A stretch of DNA of 64,000 nt from Hydrolagus colliei (GCA_035084275.1 CM068742.1:58094001-58158000), one strand, 5' to 3'; counted from the stretch's first letter, positions 26,130-38,754 are shown. Program-made: numbers and translations. Notes: generated from the sequence alone by a model not told the origin.

Positions 26130-26416
26130 TCCCCGCTGGTAAGGGATTCAAGTACAAGAATACATGAATTCAAGATTGTGAGTAGGGAAGTCAAAGGAGA
26201 GTTTAAAACAACATTTTTCCACCAGGGTGCTTCAACCAGGGCAATGGAATGATTTGTCAAGAGTTGCCGTTGGAGCAGTCAGTCAAGGCATTAAGAGAAG
26301 AATTGGATGACAACATGTCTCCTGCACAGCATAAAACTTTGAGTGGAATGGATGGCTTCATAGACCTGATGGGCTGAATGGCCTCCTTTTGTGCTGTAAT
26401 ATTCTATGATTCTATG
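26130..26416 (+). mobile_element. CR1 LINE 3' end
   Basis: GATGGGCTGAATGGCCTCCTTTTGTGCTGTAAT followed by (ATTCTATG)n tail. Confidence 0.8.
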
Positions 26417-26559
26417 TCATGGGCAACATTCAAACAACAGAAATAAATTAATGGACCAAATAGACCTCAACTGTATCATACATTTGCACACAAACACACA
26501 ATTACTATACTTTACAGCTTAAATGCTTAAACCTTCATGGTTCTAACCTTCAAAATGCT

Positions 26560-27478
26560 GCAGTTTGCACCTCGCACACCGCCTATACTTCTACACAAAC
26601 GGTTTCTCCTCTAGCCCTGCACTGTCTTGAAAGAATGTCTGTTGGACATCAAGTCCTGGATGACAGCTTACTTTCTTCAGTTGAACGGCAACAAGACCGA
26701 GACCTTCTAGATTGGATCCCGTCAGTGCCTCCACATGTCAAGCACTGCCAGCATCACCATCAATGGATGCACATCCCACCTTACTAAACCAGTCCTGAAA
26801 CTTGGCGTCTTGTTTAATGTTCAACTATCCTTCCTACCCCACATCCATGTTGTGACCTTCTCTGCCTTCCCACCCACCCTGCAACATTGTTCCACTCTAC
26901 CACTGTCTCACACCACTGGCTGCCGAATCTCTTATTCATGCATTTATAACATCCATGCTTGACTATGCAAACCCCTTGCTTGTCGGCCTCCCCAACTCCT
27001 CCCTCCATAGGCTGCAGATCATCCAGAACTCTGCAGCCCATGTCCTCTCCCACACTAAGATACAAGACCCTATCACCCCCACTATCATCTGATTCCACTG
27101 GCTTCCCATCACACAGATGATACTGCAAGGTGTTCAAGATCCTGGTCCTCAACTTCAAAGCCCTCTGTGGTCTTGCTCTCCTAACTGTGCATCCTCCTAA
27201 CCCCTTACCAACCTGCCTTGCACCCTTCGCTTGGCAGGCTCTGGTCTGCTTCAAGTCCTCTGCCTTACCCGCCATACTGTTGGCGGCCGGTTTTCAGCCA
27301 TTCTGGCCCAACCTTCTGGAACTTCATCGCACAATCACTCTTGCCTCGTGCCTCACCTCCTTTAATATCCACCTCAAGGCCCTCCACTTTGAACGTGCTT
27401 TTAATCGACCTCTTTCACCACCTGCCCACTTTTCTTGCTGCGAAAAGTTCTGTACCAAATGCAAGAATTATTATTATT
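26560..27478 (+). mobile_element. L2 LINE ORF2 C-terminal remnant
   Basis: [48 protein letters not shown]. Confidence 0.85.
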
Positions 27479-28284
27479 TCTATGGTTCTATGGAATGTGC
27501 CTGTATATTTTTTGCTAACAAATTGCCAGAGGCTGCTACCCACACTGAAGGCAGATACCCACCGGATAGCTGATGAGGATGCACTGTGACTTGGGGTGAC
27601 AACTAGTGGAAGTTGTTACCTGGAGTCTGAGTTCATGAACCCACATTCATACATCCAGTGCCTGGAATCCCCTTGGTTGGCCAGCACAGAGCCAAACATC
27701 TGCTGCATTAACTCTGCACCCTCAATTGAAAGAAACGTCACTCAAAGGGGAGAGATTTGTCCCCTAGCAGCCGGCAGGAATATGGTTAATGCTCTCACAT
27801 ATTTCATACTGAGATGTGTTGCCAACAGGGAAGCTTGTAGGGAGTTCCTTGTACTTACCATCCATCCACCTAATGACGGCTCAACCCACACTTGTCAGAT
27901 GTTGAACAAACATCTAGTGACTATCTTCTAGGGAGGGTGCAGAGGGTGTGGGGGTGGATATGGGGAGGCAAGCAGGTCTCATTGTAGCTGAACCTGACCC
28001 AAGGTGACATGCATGGCTCATTGGCATGATCTAGAAGGCGAGACAAGCCACTTGGGGAAGGGAATCATCCCACTCAGCTCCTGTTGGATCTTGCTAACCT
28101 GTGCCTAATACCTTCCAGAATTAGGTAAACAGGATGCATCCCTCCAGGGAAAGAGTGGGCATTACTGTACTTTTGATATGTAGGTGGGATGCTTAGAAAT
28201 CTCAGCTTGGTTTGAATAGTCCTTAAGCAGGTTAATAGATTTTCACATGTGTCGGACAGCCAGCTGACAAAAACAAATACACTC

Positions 28285-28615
28285 CAATGGAGTGCTGAGG
28301 GATCCGATCATTACATTGTTGAAGGTACCATCTTTTGGATGTTAAACTGAAGTCTGGCTGATCAGATCAATGTTAAAGATACCGTGGCACTATTCAAAAA
28401 GGGAAAGGAGTTCCTGTTAATGTCCTGGCCTACAATTCCCCAAATTGAAAGGTTATGCTTTTATGTTTTTAATTTATGGCTTTTTATGAGACTTTGCAGT
28501 ACACAAAATGGATGTCAGGTTTGTTTACACAGTTAGTACAATTTTATGATATATCCTCTGAAATGTTCCTGATGTGAAAGGCCCGGATACCAAATGTAAG
28601 TATTATTATAATTGT
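28285..28615 (+). mobile_element. Deu-domain SINE
   Basis: TGCTGAGGGA..CCATCTTTTGGATGTTAAACTGA..TTAAAGATACCGTGGCACTATTC..TGTCCTGGCC. Confidence 0.65.
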
Positions 28616-29279
28616 AATTGAGAATTGTGGATTCAATTAGATTTTAGAAATGTGGTGACTGATTCTCAAATTAGAAACCCAAGGAGCAAATTCATCATGT
28701 TTGTGCAATAATGGAAGATTATGTATGTGGATGATGGATTGGTGCAGTGAGATGCAGTGCAGTTAAAAGCTGCAGTGAAAACCATAATTATGAGGCTGGT
28801 GTTTCCATATTGGTGATGGAAAATGGGGGGAAAATGCCTAAAATTAGGGAAAGCAATGAATTGCATTCCATCTGTAATTACTTATAACTTGTGATTAATC
28901 AGGTAAAAAAAAATATGGTGAACCTAGCATCCTGAGTGTAGCTTTTCACAATGAGACAACACACATATATTCCAAAATTCTGACTAATTAAATAAATCCT
29001 AATGGTGTGTGTTATGTGGAATATTTGAAATTCTTAACTGTAGAAATGCTCGTCACATTTGACTCTCTTCCTGCACCAGATACAATAATAGCAACAACAA
29101 CTTGCATTTATATAGCTCCTCACCCGCAGAGTATCATCCCAGAGAGTTTAACCTTACAATTAGCTCATTCTGCTCTAGGTGGGAAATAAACTAGATTTGG
29201 ATTGACCTTTTCCTTCCTGAGTCACATTACCATCGCTTACAAGCAGTCAGTTTGTGAATTATGAATTTAACTTTGGATT

Positions 29280-29482
29280 ATTTTGAATGCTACCATGGGA
29301 TCTTTAACATCTATCCAGACAGGTAAATGCCCCTTCATTTTAACGTCTGATTCAAAGACACCTGTAACAATGCAGCACAACCCCAGCACTGCTTTGGAAT
29401 GGCAGCATAGATTTTATAAGTTCCCAGTCCAAAATAGAGCTGGAAACTACAACTTTCTGACTCAGACGAGTCAACCGAGCCA
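29280..29482 (-). mobile_element. Deu-domain SINE 5' part
   Basis: CCATGGGATCTTTAACATC..TTTAACGTCTGATTCAAAGAC..CTTTCTGACTCAG. Confidence 0.65.
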
Positions 29483-30480
29483 TAACACACAAATGCGTGA
29501 CAAATGAGGAGGCAATAAGCTGGATGGATACATAATGCCGCATGGAAGCTGCTCTTTCAACCATTTTTTTTTGTTTCTCACTGCTGTTAAATACTTAGTT
29601 CCCTGCTCCTCCTTTTAGTTTAATTGTTAGGATCATATTGTGTCAATTTTTGTGAGTTAGTGTGTGATTAATAGGTTGGTTTAAGCAGTGAATTTTAATT
29701 ACAGTTGACCTTTGTCTCTTGAGGCAGCAGGGAGAGAGGGGATAAGTTGATAATGAGCCCAAAGTAACCATAATGTGTTGAAAATGATGCTAATCTTTGT
29801 GCAGTGACACACAGCAGAGCACTTGTCATCACACAAAACATTGTTATATCTAGGGCATCAGGAGAAGAGATTAAAGCGTTTTATGCAGTACAATAGCAGA
29901 GTGGCATGGATTAAAATGTACATATTGTAAGGGCTAATCTCTAGACTTCATATTCAAAACACAGCAACGTTGCTTCAAGTACAGTATACTACAGTATATA
30001 CTGTATCATGAATGTTACTGGTTCATGCAATCAAACATTGTTTTTTGTAAAGGTATTGAAGATTGAAGCAAACATGATAAATATTACAATAATGGAGTGT
30101 GCACTGGGAAAATCTGATTGTTCAGACAAAAATAATGCTTCATGATTTACTAAATTAGTGCAATAATTCAGGTTAAACCTTGACAGTAGTCTTACTCTTG
30201 AATATTTGTATAAGAAAACTACCTCCTCTTATATATAATACATAATCCTTTAACAAACATTGCAGTTAAGTTTGGTTTGAAAATGTACCTTACCTGACAA
30301 TCATGATGTGTCTTTGGTTGTGTGCTGCTCATCACAGGAAACTGAGATTTTATAGCCTGCATTTTTACTCTAGATGCTCCACTTAAAGCAGTGAGTAATA
30401 ATCTTTGCATTTGATCTAGCACCTTAGCAGTTTTGCCAAATGTCTCAATACACTTCACATGATTTACTGTAAAGTATTGT

Positions 30481-31632
30481 GGAGTCCTGTAGTTTATTGA
30501 TTAGAGCACTCGCCTCGCAAGTAAAGAGGACTTCTGTTCAATTTCTGGTCAGGGTGAAATGTTGGGCAAGAGTTTACCTCTTGTTTTCCTAGCAGTAAAA
30601 TAGGAACCCAGCTGTTAGTAGATTGGTCACTGTTCCATGAGTAATAATCCCTTAGAAAAAAAATAATAACAATTTGGTCACGCGATCCACAACCTATATG
30701 GAACAATGCGGTGTTCAACGTCTCCATTCACATGGCTCTCATCTCCTCCATCTTCCCGGCCTGCCCCTAAAACTCACCGAACCTGTGCGCAACCTTGGCA
30801 TCAGGTTCGACCCCCAACTGTCCTTCCTCCCCCACATCTGGTCCGTCACCAGCACTGCCTTCTACCACCTCCGACGGATCGCCCGTCTCCGGCAATACCT
30901 CACCTTAAAAGCCGCTGAAACCTTGGTCCACGCCTTCATCACCTCTCGGCTGGACTATTGCAACGCCCTCCTCACCGGTCTCCCCTCCACCACAATCCAC
31001 AAAATCCAGCTTATCCAGAATTCTGTTGCCCGCATACTCACCCGCTCTAAGCTTTGCTCCCCCATTACCCCAGTCCTTGCCAGACTTCACTGGCTCCCTA
31101 TCCCAGAGAGGATCGACTTCAAGATCCTCACCTTTGTTTTCAAATCCCTCCACTCCTCTGCACCCCCCTATCTCTCTGATCTCCTCTCCCCACAACCCAG
31201 CAGCCGCTGCCTTCGTTCCTCTGGGTCTGGCCTCCTCCATGTCCCCCGAGTCCTCCGCTCTACCCTCGGCGGCCATGCCTTTAGCCACTACGCCCCGAGG
31301 CTCTGGAACTCCCTTCCTCACTCGCTTTGCCTCGCACCCTCTCTTCCCAGTTTCAGGTCATAGTTGAAGACCTTTCTCTTCAACCGAGCTTTTGGTCACC
31401 TTCCTGCCCCTGCTCCTGGCTCGGTCCCAGGATCCGCTACTGTGAAGTGCTCTGAGACGCAGTCTGGCGTGGAGGGCGCTATATAAATCAAAGTTGTTTT
31501 TGTTGTTGTTGTTGTTGTTTAATTGGCTTCCGCGTTTCGCCTACAAAATGTACACTTTACAGTATATTCTGTGAAGTGCTTTGAGATGTCTCAAAGACGT
31601 AATCAGGTGCTACATCAAATGCAAGTATTATT
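30481..31632 (+). mobile_element. tRNA-derived SINE (long form) split by a young L2
   Basis: Head at about 30481-30716; remainder (AATTGGCTTCCGCGTTTCGCC..) resumes at about 31520. Confidence 0.85.
30717..31519 (+). mobile_element. Young 5'-truncated L2 LINE with open ORF2 C-terminus
   Basis: ORF 30674-31363: VRNLGIRFDPQLSF..AETLVHAFITSRLDYCNALL..LHWLPIPERIDFKIL..APRLWNSLP; (GTT)n tail. Confidence 0.95.
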
Positions 31633-32304
31633 TTGCCCCTTGGGATGTTCTCCTGATGTGAAAGGTGAGGACAAATGTAATTTGTCGTTGTTGTAGCTGT
31701 ATTTGTGGACTAATATGCCATTCAATTTGCACCCACAGACAAACCAACACAAACAACCATGAACTGAATGACCAATCTTTTCTGAACTGCTGACCAGTTT
31801 GAACTTTGAAGCCCGTGTCCTGTGGATCCTAGAAGACCTTATAATCGAGTTCAAAGTTGATGACTGTTTAAGAATTTGACAAATTCTGGACATTTTGAAA
31901 CTCTACATTAAGAGAGTAAAACTAGACCGAGGTACAATTTCTAGCCAGCCGTTATGCATTTCTTGAGTTGGAAAAAGGTTTTCAACCAAGATGTATTTTA
32001 ACAATGAAAATATGTTCCACAAAAGAACTGCAGAACTTGAAGGATGATGGAACTAATACTTACACTAATTCTTTGGGAAAAGACTGCAGGTTCAGTCACT
32101 GGATAACCCCTGTCTCATATTGTAACACTAGTGTCAGTAACTGACAATACAGTTATATTGCAACTGAAATGTCTAAAATTGTCTGGAATCAGGTCCCTCC
32201 TGTTTTGTGTTATCATTGCCGTTCAGTCACCAACTGGGTAAATGTGGAACACACAAATCTTTTGATATTTGTGCATTTGCTTGACAACATTATATCATAC
32301 TAAT

Positions 32305-32593
32305 ATAATAGTAATAATAATCATCCTTCTACTTGATAGAGCGCTTTTCAAATCTTCCAGACATTTTAAAGCGCTTCAAAGAATATACTGTAAAGTGAAT
32401 TGTCTGTATATTTGTGCGCAAAATGCGCACAGCAGTGTCCCACAAACAGCCGTGGATTTGGATGACAAATTTTTTTTTAGGGATTATTATTAGGCCTGTG
32501 GAGTAAGGAAACTTGCCCAAGGTTTCATCCTGCCAGGAATCAAACGCGGGTCTCTAACTTGCGAGGCGAGTGCTCTAACTACTGAAGACTCCA
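32305..32593 (-). mobile_element. tRNA-derived SINE, short form
   Basis: Reverse complement of the 1563 family. Confidence 0.85.
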
Positions 32594-32612
32594 CAAATAT
32601 ATATAATTTATA

Positions 32613-32823
32613 ATAATAATCCCTCAAAAAACACAATAATAATTTGGTCACTCAATCCACTAATGTGGGACACTGCTGTGCGCAATTGGCTGCCGCATTT
32701 CGCCCATAAATACACAATCAATTAGTATTGCAGTATATTCTGTGCAGCGCTTTAAGACGTCTAAAAGATGTGAAAAGTGCTGTGTCAAATGCAAAGATTA
32801 TTACAGGGTTATTATTATTATTA
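32613..32823 (+). mobile_element. SINE 3' half, head-to-head with the preceding copy
   Basis: TAATAATCCCTC..GGGACACTGCTGTGCGCAATTGGC..TCAAATGCAAAGATTATTA. Confidence 0.85.
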
Positions 32824-33548
32824 TGATACACACATTCAAGATAGATTCAGGCAAAGCTTTGTGAAAGATATTAAAGCTTAGCTTATATTATAGCAAGGAC
32901 AAGTTGAAATTAATTAGTTTATTCAGTGAGTTGATACATCATTTGCATGTTTTGAGGTCTGATCCAAATTTATGCTGAGTTTGCTGTTTCTTTATCCACT
33001 GGTCTGGGTATTATTCCTTAAAAGATGGAGTAAAACACATTCATACAGGAAGGGGATTGAATTAATAAAAGAGAAAAAAAAAAGTTGGGTAAACAATAAC
33101 CTGGAGATTCTAGATAAAATGCTATTGAAATGTATCTACTTTGTCAATTGTCTCCTTGTATCTTCATTACCTCATGTGATGTACATGGTATTTTACCATG
33201 ATTTTATAATTCAATTCGCAACTGATCTTAACTTTTTTTTTACAGGATCAATATAATATTTCTGCAGAACTTTCAAGGTGTTTCTGATGGGATAAAGGTG
33301 AAGATTGATCCCTTGAGTTTCTCAAAACATTGCACATTTTTGCTTCCAGAATGTACCTGTGAATGAAGATCAGTGGGATTGCAGTATCATGCAGATAGTT
33401 ACTTGAAAGAGCAGGAAACTAGATCTCAACCATTGCATTATGAGTTTCAACTCAAGTGTATATTTTAATGGAGAATTGTAATGGTTATTTATTTGAAAAT
33501 GTCTGGAATAGAACTGAAGCGGTCCGCGGTGCCCCCCTGCATGGATGG

Positions 33549-33770
33549 TAGGGTCCGTCGATATCGAAATTTTCCGATATCGATATATCGGTTTGCCCAT
33601 ATCAACATATACCGATATATCGATATCGCGTTTTTTTTTGTTGTTCTGTGCATGCGCGCGCGTTCCGGTGTGCGCGCGCATTCGGGTATCGACTAGGTAA
33701 GCTGAAAAAGTCTGCATTATACCGATATATCGATGGACATGATATACCGATATTTGCGATATATCGGTTT
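33549..33770 (+). mobile_element. Left-end fragment of the TAGGGTCCG hAT family
   Basis: TAGGGTCCGTCGATATCGAAATTTTCCGATATCG.., collinear with the 10079 and 10147 copies; no right TIR found. Confidence 0.85.
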
Positions 33771-33779
33771 CTGGCAGCT

Positions 33780-34696
33780 TTCAATAGAACTGCTATTGAA
33801 AGCTGCAATACTTTAATTACAAGATGAAAAGATGAAAGAATATAAGATGAAAATGTTTGTTTTGTTTACCTGAACAGTATTTTATTGAGTAAATTGTTAA
33901 CACAATACAGTAACAAAACGAAAGTTCTCGTACTTCCCGTAATAAGATGAGGTGAGGAGTAGGGAGGAGGTCTTCATTTTAATTGTTGCTGGAGGAGGAG
34001 GGGGAGGAGGGGGAGGCTGGAGAATCTGGTGAGAAAGCAATAGGTTCTGTATAGTCAGCAGATATATTTGGTACTGGTTCTTCTCAGATAACTTCCGATT
34101 AAGTCCTGTTTCATCGAAGTTGAAAATTTGTGGTAGTGTATAGCCTCCCTCCTTAATGGTTTTTCTTTCTTCTGGATAATGTTCAGCAGGAGCAACATCT
34201 GCACTAGCAGCTTCCCCGCACATCTTGATAGAATGGAGCTTGTATTGCTTTCGAAAACGATCAAGCCACCTGTTGCTAGTAGCCAAAGTCTCCACTGGCT
34301 TTTTCCAAGTAGTGTCGTGTGGTTGCCTAGCATCCTGCCGCTTAAGCTCCTCCCATACTGTATGGGCTTTCTCTTGGATTATACTAGTTGAGAGGGGGCA
34401 ATGGTGTTCATTCTGGTCTTCAATCCATCTTCATTTCCAACTTGATGGAATTCCTTTTGTTCGATGGGGTTGACGATGTTGCTAATGGTCATTTAAGTGG
34501 CATACTGAAGTAAGTGTATGTAGCTTCGTCGACTGAGACCGAGTGTGTGTTGCGGGGGCGTCCGAGAGACGAGAAGCGCACAAGATTTAAACTTTGGCTA
34601 TAGTGAACGCAGCCTTTGCTAAGCGCATAGGAGGTACAAATACAAACCCTCGTTATAGTGAAGTTTCGGTAACCGGGCATTCAGTAAGCGGGGTCC
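33780..34696 (-). pseudogene. Tigger/pogo transposase relic (CENP-B-type HTH and start of DDE domain)
   Basis: SNRWLDRFRKQYKLHSIKMCGEAASAD..EGGYTLPQIFNFDETGL; internally deleted; eroded TIR near 34696. Confidence 0.9.
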
Positions 34697-35414
34697 AATA
34701 CCTCTTCTTGGAGGACTCTTGAATTTTTTCCCTTTATTTATTTTCCCTAACAGTTTATATTTTTCATCTTCCATTCTTCCTTATTATTTCTTATGCTTCC
34801 ATTCCCTCCTTCTTTATTCTTAATTACTGCTGTTTTCTATGTTTTTTTTCTGGCTTCTTCACTGCTTTCCATTTCCTGAAGCGTCACTCAGGATTTGTTT
34901 CAGTTTATTGTTTGATATATTTACTTAATGCTTTCTAACTTTGCCTGTGAATGAGAAAGGAATAGAGAGGTATATGAACATAGTAGTGGTAGTGTAGGCT
35001 CACGTATAGTGCAAACGCTGGCAAAAATTAATTGGCCTGTTTCTGTGCTTTAATATTCTATGTAATTCTTTGCAATTTTTATCTTCTATAAGTTTTGTAT
35101 CCATTGATTGAAAGTACTGTAATATTTCTCATACATCTATGTTCTTGTTTCTTCAGCAGTGATCATACACTCAACATCAGTGCAATGTTTACTGATATGA
35201 ATGGCCAATGAAACATTAAAAAGTAAAGCCAAATAGCTGAAGATCTGTTTTAAAAAAGAGACAGTCTGGGAAATGCACACCTGGTCGATGAGCAGCTGAA
35301 AGAGAAATATAGATATTCGCATAGCAGTAATGTGTCTATTTTTCAGGTGCTACGCATTTTGAGTGAATTCCGTTTGTATGTGACATAAGGGTATCAATCA
35401 GAAGAATAATAGCA

Positions 35415-35720
35415 AATATAATAATCCTTGCATTTGATATTAGCATTTTTATACCTTCTGGGTGTCTCATTTCACAGAATATACTTTAAAATGAATTGAC
35501 TGTATATTTGTGAGTGAACTGTGGCAGCTAATTGCACACAGCGGTGTCACACAAAAGTTGTGGATTGAATGACCAAATTATTATTTTATGTTTGTTTTTC
35601 TTGAGGAATTATTATCAGGTATGTGGAGTATGTGGTCTTGCCCAAGGTTTTGCCCTTGTGGGAACTAAACCCAGGTCTCTCACTTGAGAGTCGAATGCTC
35701 TAACTGCTGAGCTACAAGGC
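35415..35720 (-). mobile_element. tRNA-derived SINE, short form
   Basis: Reverse complement of the 1563 family, ending GCTCTAACTGCTGAGCTACAAGG on the plus strand. Confidence 0.85.
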
Positions 35721-36149
35721 TGCATAATATAAGTCGCTACAAAATGCGACAATAATTTTATTTTGCAGTTATGAACAACAGATGAAGGATATATCTGAAT
35801 GGAGATGTGAATCTGGGAGCTGTTGAAAAAACAAAACACGTGCTATATCAAGCAATAGCTCCACTGATGTCCAGTTCACCACCACCCAGTTTACTACCAT
35901 TTTCCATCCATTATCTGTCTCTTATCTTCCATCTGATATCTGGGCACTCATCTCCAGGCTATTTCTGACTTGGTTTGTATCGAGAGATTATAGTGAGCGA
36001 GGTAAAGGAATTCCTTTGACAAAAGTCGTCTTGATTTCTGTCTGGCCATGCACACACACACATCTGGGTTGTGCATAATCAAGAAAGAGACATTGCTTTT
36101 ACTTGTGAGTCTGGTGTCCTTCACTGGTTGATGAGACAGTAACTAAAGT

Positions 36150-36595
36150 GCACAGATTTATGGTAATTACCAAAAGAGCAGAGAGTGGTTAGAAAAAATA
36201 TTTTAGCGAAAAGAGAGCTGTTAAGATGTGAAATGCCTTGACTAGATCCAGAGGCATTTTTAACGTTGGTGCAATCGATGCAACGCAGCACAATGCTCTT
36301 GTCTTTTGTTGAATACCTCTATAGTGAAAACCAGAGCCCTCCCCAGCCTGGTGGAGCAGGCAGTCCATCTAAAGAGGCATCGCACCCACCGAAAGTACAT
36401 TTTTGCATAAAATAAAATTGTGCATGCGCACTTATTAAACGTACCGTAAGTGACGGGCTCCCTAAGAAAATTGCACTGAGTAATTTGAAATCTTAAAAAC
36501 GCCTCTGTCTAGATCTGTGATTCAGACAGAATCAATATTAACTTTTAAGAGGAAGATAAATAAATTTCTGAAGAGGCATATTATGAAAGGATTTG

Positions 36596-36628
<33 letters not shown>

Positions 36629-36720
36629 GTGGGGTGGGGGGGGGGAATGGGGTGCACAGTTATGATGGGCTGAATAGCATCCTTATCTGCTGTAAGTTAC
36701 TATGGTTTTATGATAGTATC
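36150..36720 (+). mobile_element. Degraded CR1 3' end containing a hAT MITE and a (TG)n run
   Basis: GAGAGCTGTTAAGATGTGAAATGCCTTG..GATGGGCTGAATAGCATCCTT..CTATGGTTTTATGA. Confidence 0.65.
36249..36507. mobile_element. hAT-type MITE (second family)
   Basis: TIRs CAGAGGCATTTTTAA and TTAAAAACGCCTCTG; 8-bp flanks ACTAGATC and TCTAGATC. Confidence 0.85.
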
Positions 36721-36734
36721 CTGCTAGTCCCATC

Positions 36735-37750
36735 CTCACCCAACTCCATTGGCATCATCATCACCATCCAGAGGATCTAATTCAAGATCCTGGTCCTTAC
36801 ATTCAAAGCCCTCCATGGCCTCGCCCCACCCTACATCCACATCCTACTAACCCCCCACCAACCTGCCCGTCCCCTCCGCTCAGCAGGCTCAGCCTGCTTC
36901 ATGTCCCCCGACCCACCGGCCCCACCATTGGCAGCCAATCCTTCATCTACTTTGCCCCCAACCTCTGGAACTCCATCCCGCAATCCCTCCGCCTCATACC
37001 CCCTCCCTGGCCTCCTTCAAGTCCCGCCTCAAGACCCTCCTCTTCAAAGATCCCATTCATTACAAATCCCTCCCTTTCCCTCCACCCTCCCTGTCCCCAG
37101 CTCTGGTCTGAAACAATGACTGTCCAGCTCCTTGGGATGCCCTCCTGACGTGAAAGGCGCTATACAAATGTAATTTGTTGTTGTTGTTGTTGTTGTTGTA
37201 GTCAGCCCATTCCCAAGTTTTCCCTCCATAAACTGCACATCATACATAACTCTGCAGCTTGTGTCCTCTCACACACAAGGCTTTGTGACCCCATTACACC
37301 CACCCCTCATCCAGTTTCACTGGCTACCCAACCTTCAGAGGATCGAGTTCAGCATTTTTGTCCACACCTTCAAGGCCCTCTTTGGCCTGCTAACCCCTTA
37401 TGAACCTGTATGCTCCCTCCACTGAGCAGACTCTGACCCGGTTCATGTCTTCCACCTGGCCCGCACCGCCCCACTATCGCCGGTTGGGCAGTCAGTCTAT
37501 GTGCGCTTACCATCTGGAACTCCATCCCATATACCGTTTGCTTCCTCCATGCCTTGCTACCTTCAAGGCATGACTCAAGAGTTTCTCTTTGACTGTGCCT
37601 TCGACCTCCCTTCTGCCTCCCCGATTCAAACACCAACCCATACCACGACCCGCCCCCTTGGGTCCTGAGTCCTAATCCCTGACTTTTCAGCACTTTGGAA
37701 CATCCTCCTGATGTGAAAGCTGCTTTACAAATGTAATTGTGTGTTGTATT
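36735..37750 (+). mobile_element. Two tandem L2 3' fragments (about 36735-37200 and 37240-37750)
   Basis: FKILVLTFKALHGLAPPY; each ends in a TGAYGTGAAA..TACAAATGTAATT tail. Confidence 0.85.
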
Positions 37751-38754
37751 GTATGACAACAGATTCATTAACGTAGCATACAGATTAAATGTCCTTCAGC
37801 ATGCATAACACAGCATAGTTTTAATCACACCAGTGCTTTAGAGAGAGGTCTGACAGACTCAGGTTTCTTATCTACAGATTTGGAAAGGTCGTGCTTTAAT
37901 GTTAATTGCCCTCATTGTTGGACTAATTAACAAGTTCAAGGTCATCTTGCAAAACAAATGCTATTGTACCAACACGTCTGTTGTGATGTCTGTGTTTCAT
38001 TTCAATTAATTACTAAAATACCTGTGTAAATTGCTTCCAATTCAAGAGAAGATCAAGGCAAGCTAACAACAAATATTTCATGAGGCCAACATGTCAGTTA
38101 AATGACTAATCTCTCTGCCCTCCTTCATGCCAACCTTGCCCCCACTCAGGGGTCCTGATCCCTGATTGGACAGCACTTTGGGATGTCTTCCCAATATGAA
38201 AGACACTTTACAAATGCAATTTCATTGTTGTTGAAAAATGCACACAGATGCATCCTTAATTTACATGTGCGTAATTTAATTCCCATTTTTGTTGAAAGTG
38301 TTTCTTGAGGTGCATTCACCTTGATTTGCAGCTCATTGTACATTGTGGTAGGTAGACAAGTAGAAATCATGGACACATGAACATATGTGGAGATGCTATC
38401 TATATTTTATCTACTTACAGATTTAAAGATGGAGCTGAGATTTATCCAATGAATCCATTGGTAAATCAATAATGAATGAGATAAATGGAGTAATATATAT
38501 AACTTTCACTGAAAACATTTTAATTATTTAAATAAATTGTTGTAACATTTTTTAAATGTTCATTACAATGTTCATTACATTGTTTGAAATGATAAAACAT
38601 TAAATTCAGGATCCAAATTATAATTAGCTCTAAGTGAATAATTTAAATCATACTAGTTATCATTGTACTATTACTATTTTTACTCTTAATGTAGTTAATC
38701 CTCTGCATGAGAGCAGGTAATCAGTAATTTCTGTCTTTATGGGTTGGTGTTATA

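Noticed and set aside
27571-27615. CTGATGAG as a hammerhead core
   Set aside because: No GAAA box or stem II downstream
30674-31363. 229-aa ORF as a host gene
   Set aside because: L2 ORF2 C-terminus; its start lies in the flanking SINE
33774-33830. Helitron 3' end
   Set aside because: Hairpin is not followed by CTRR on either strand
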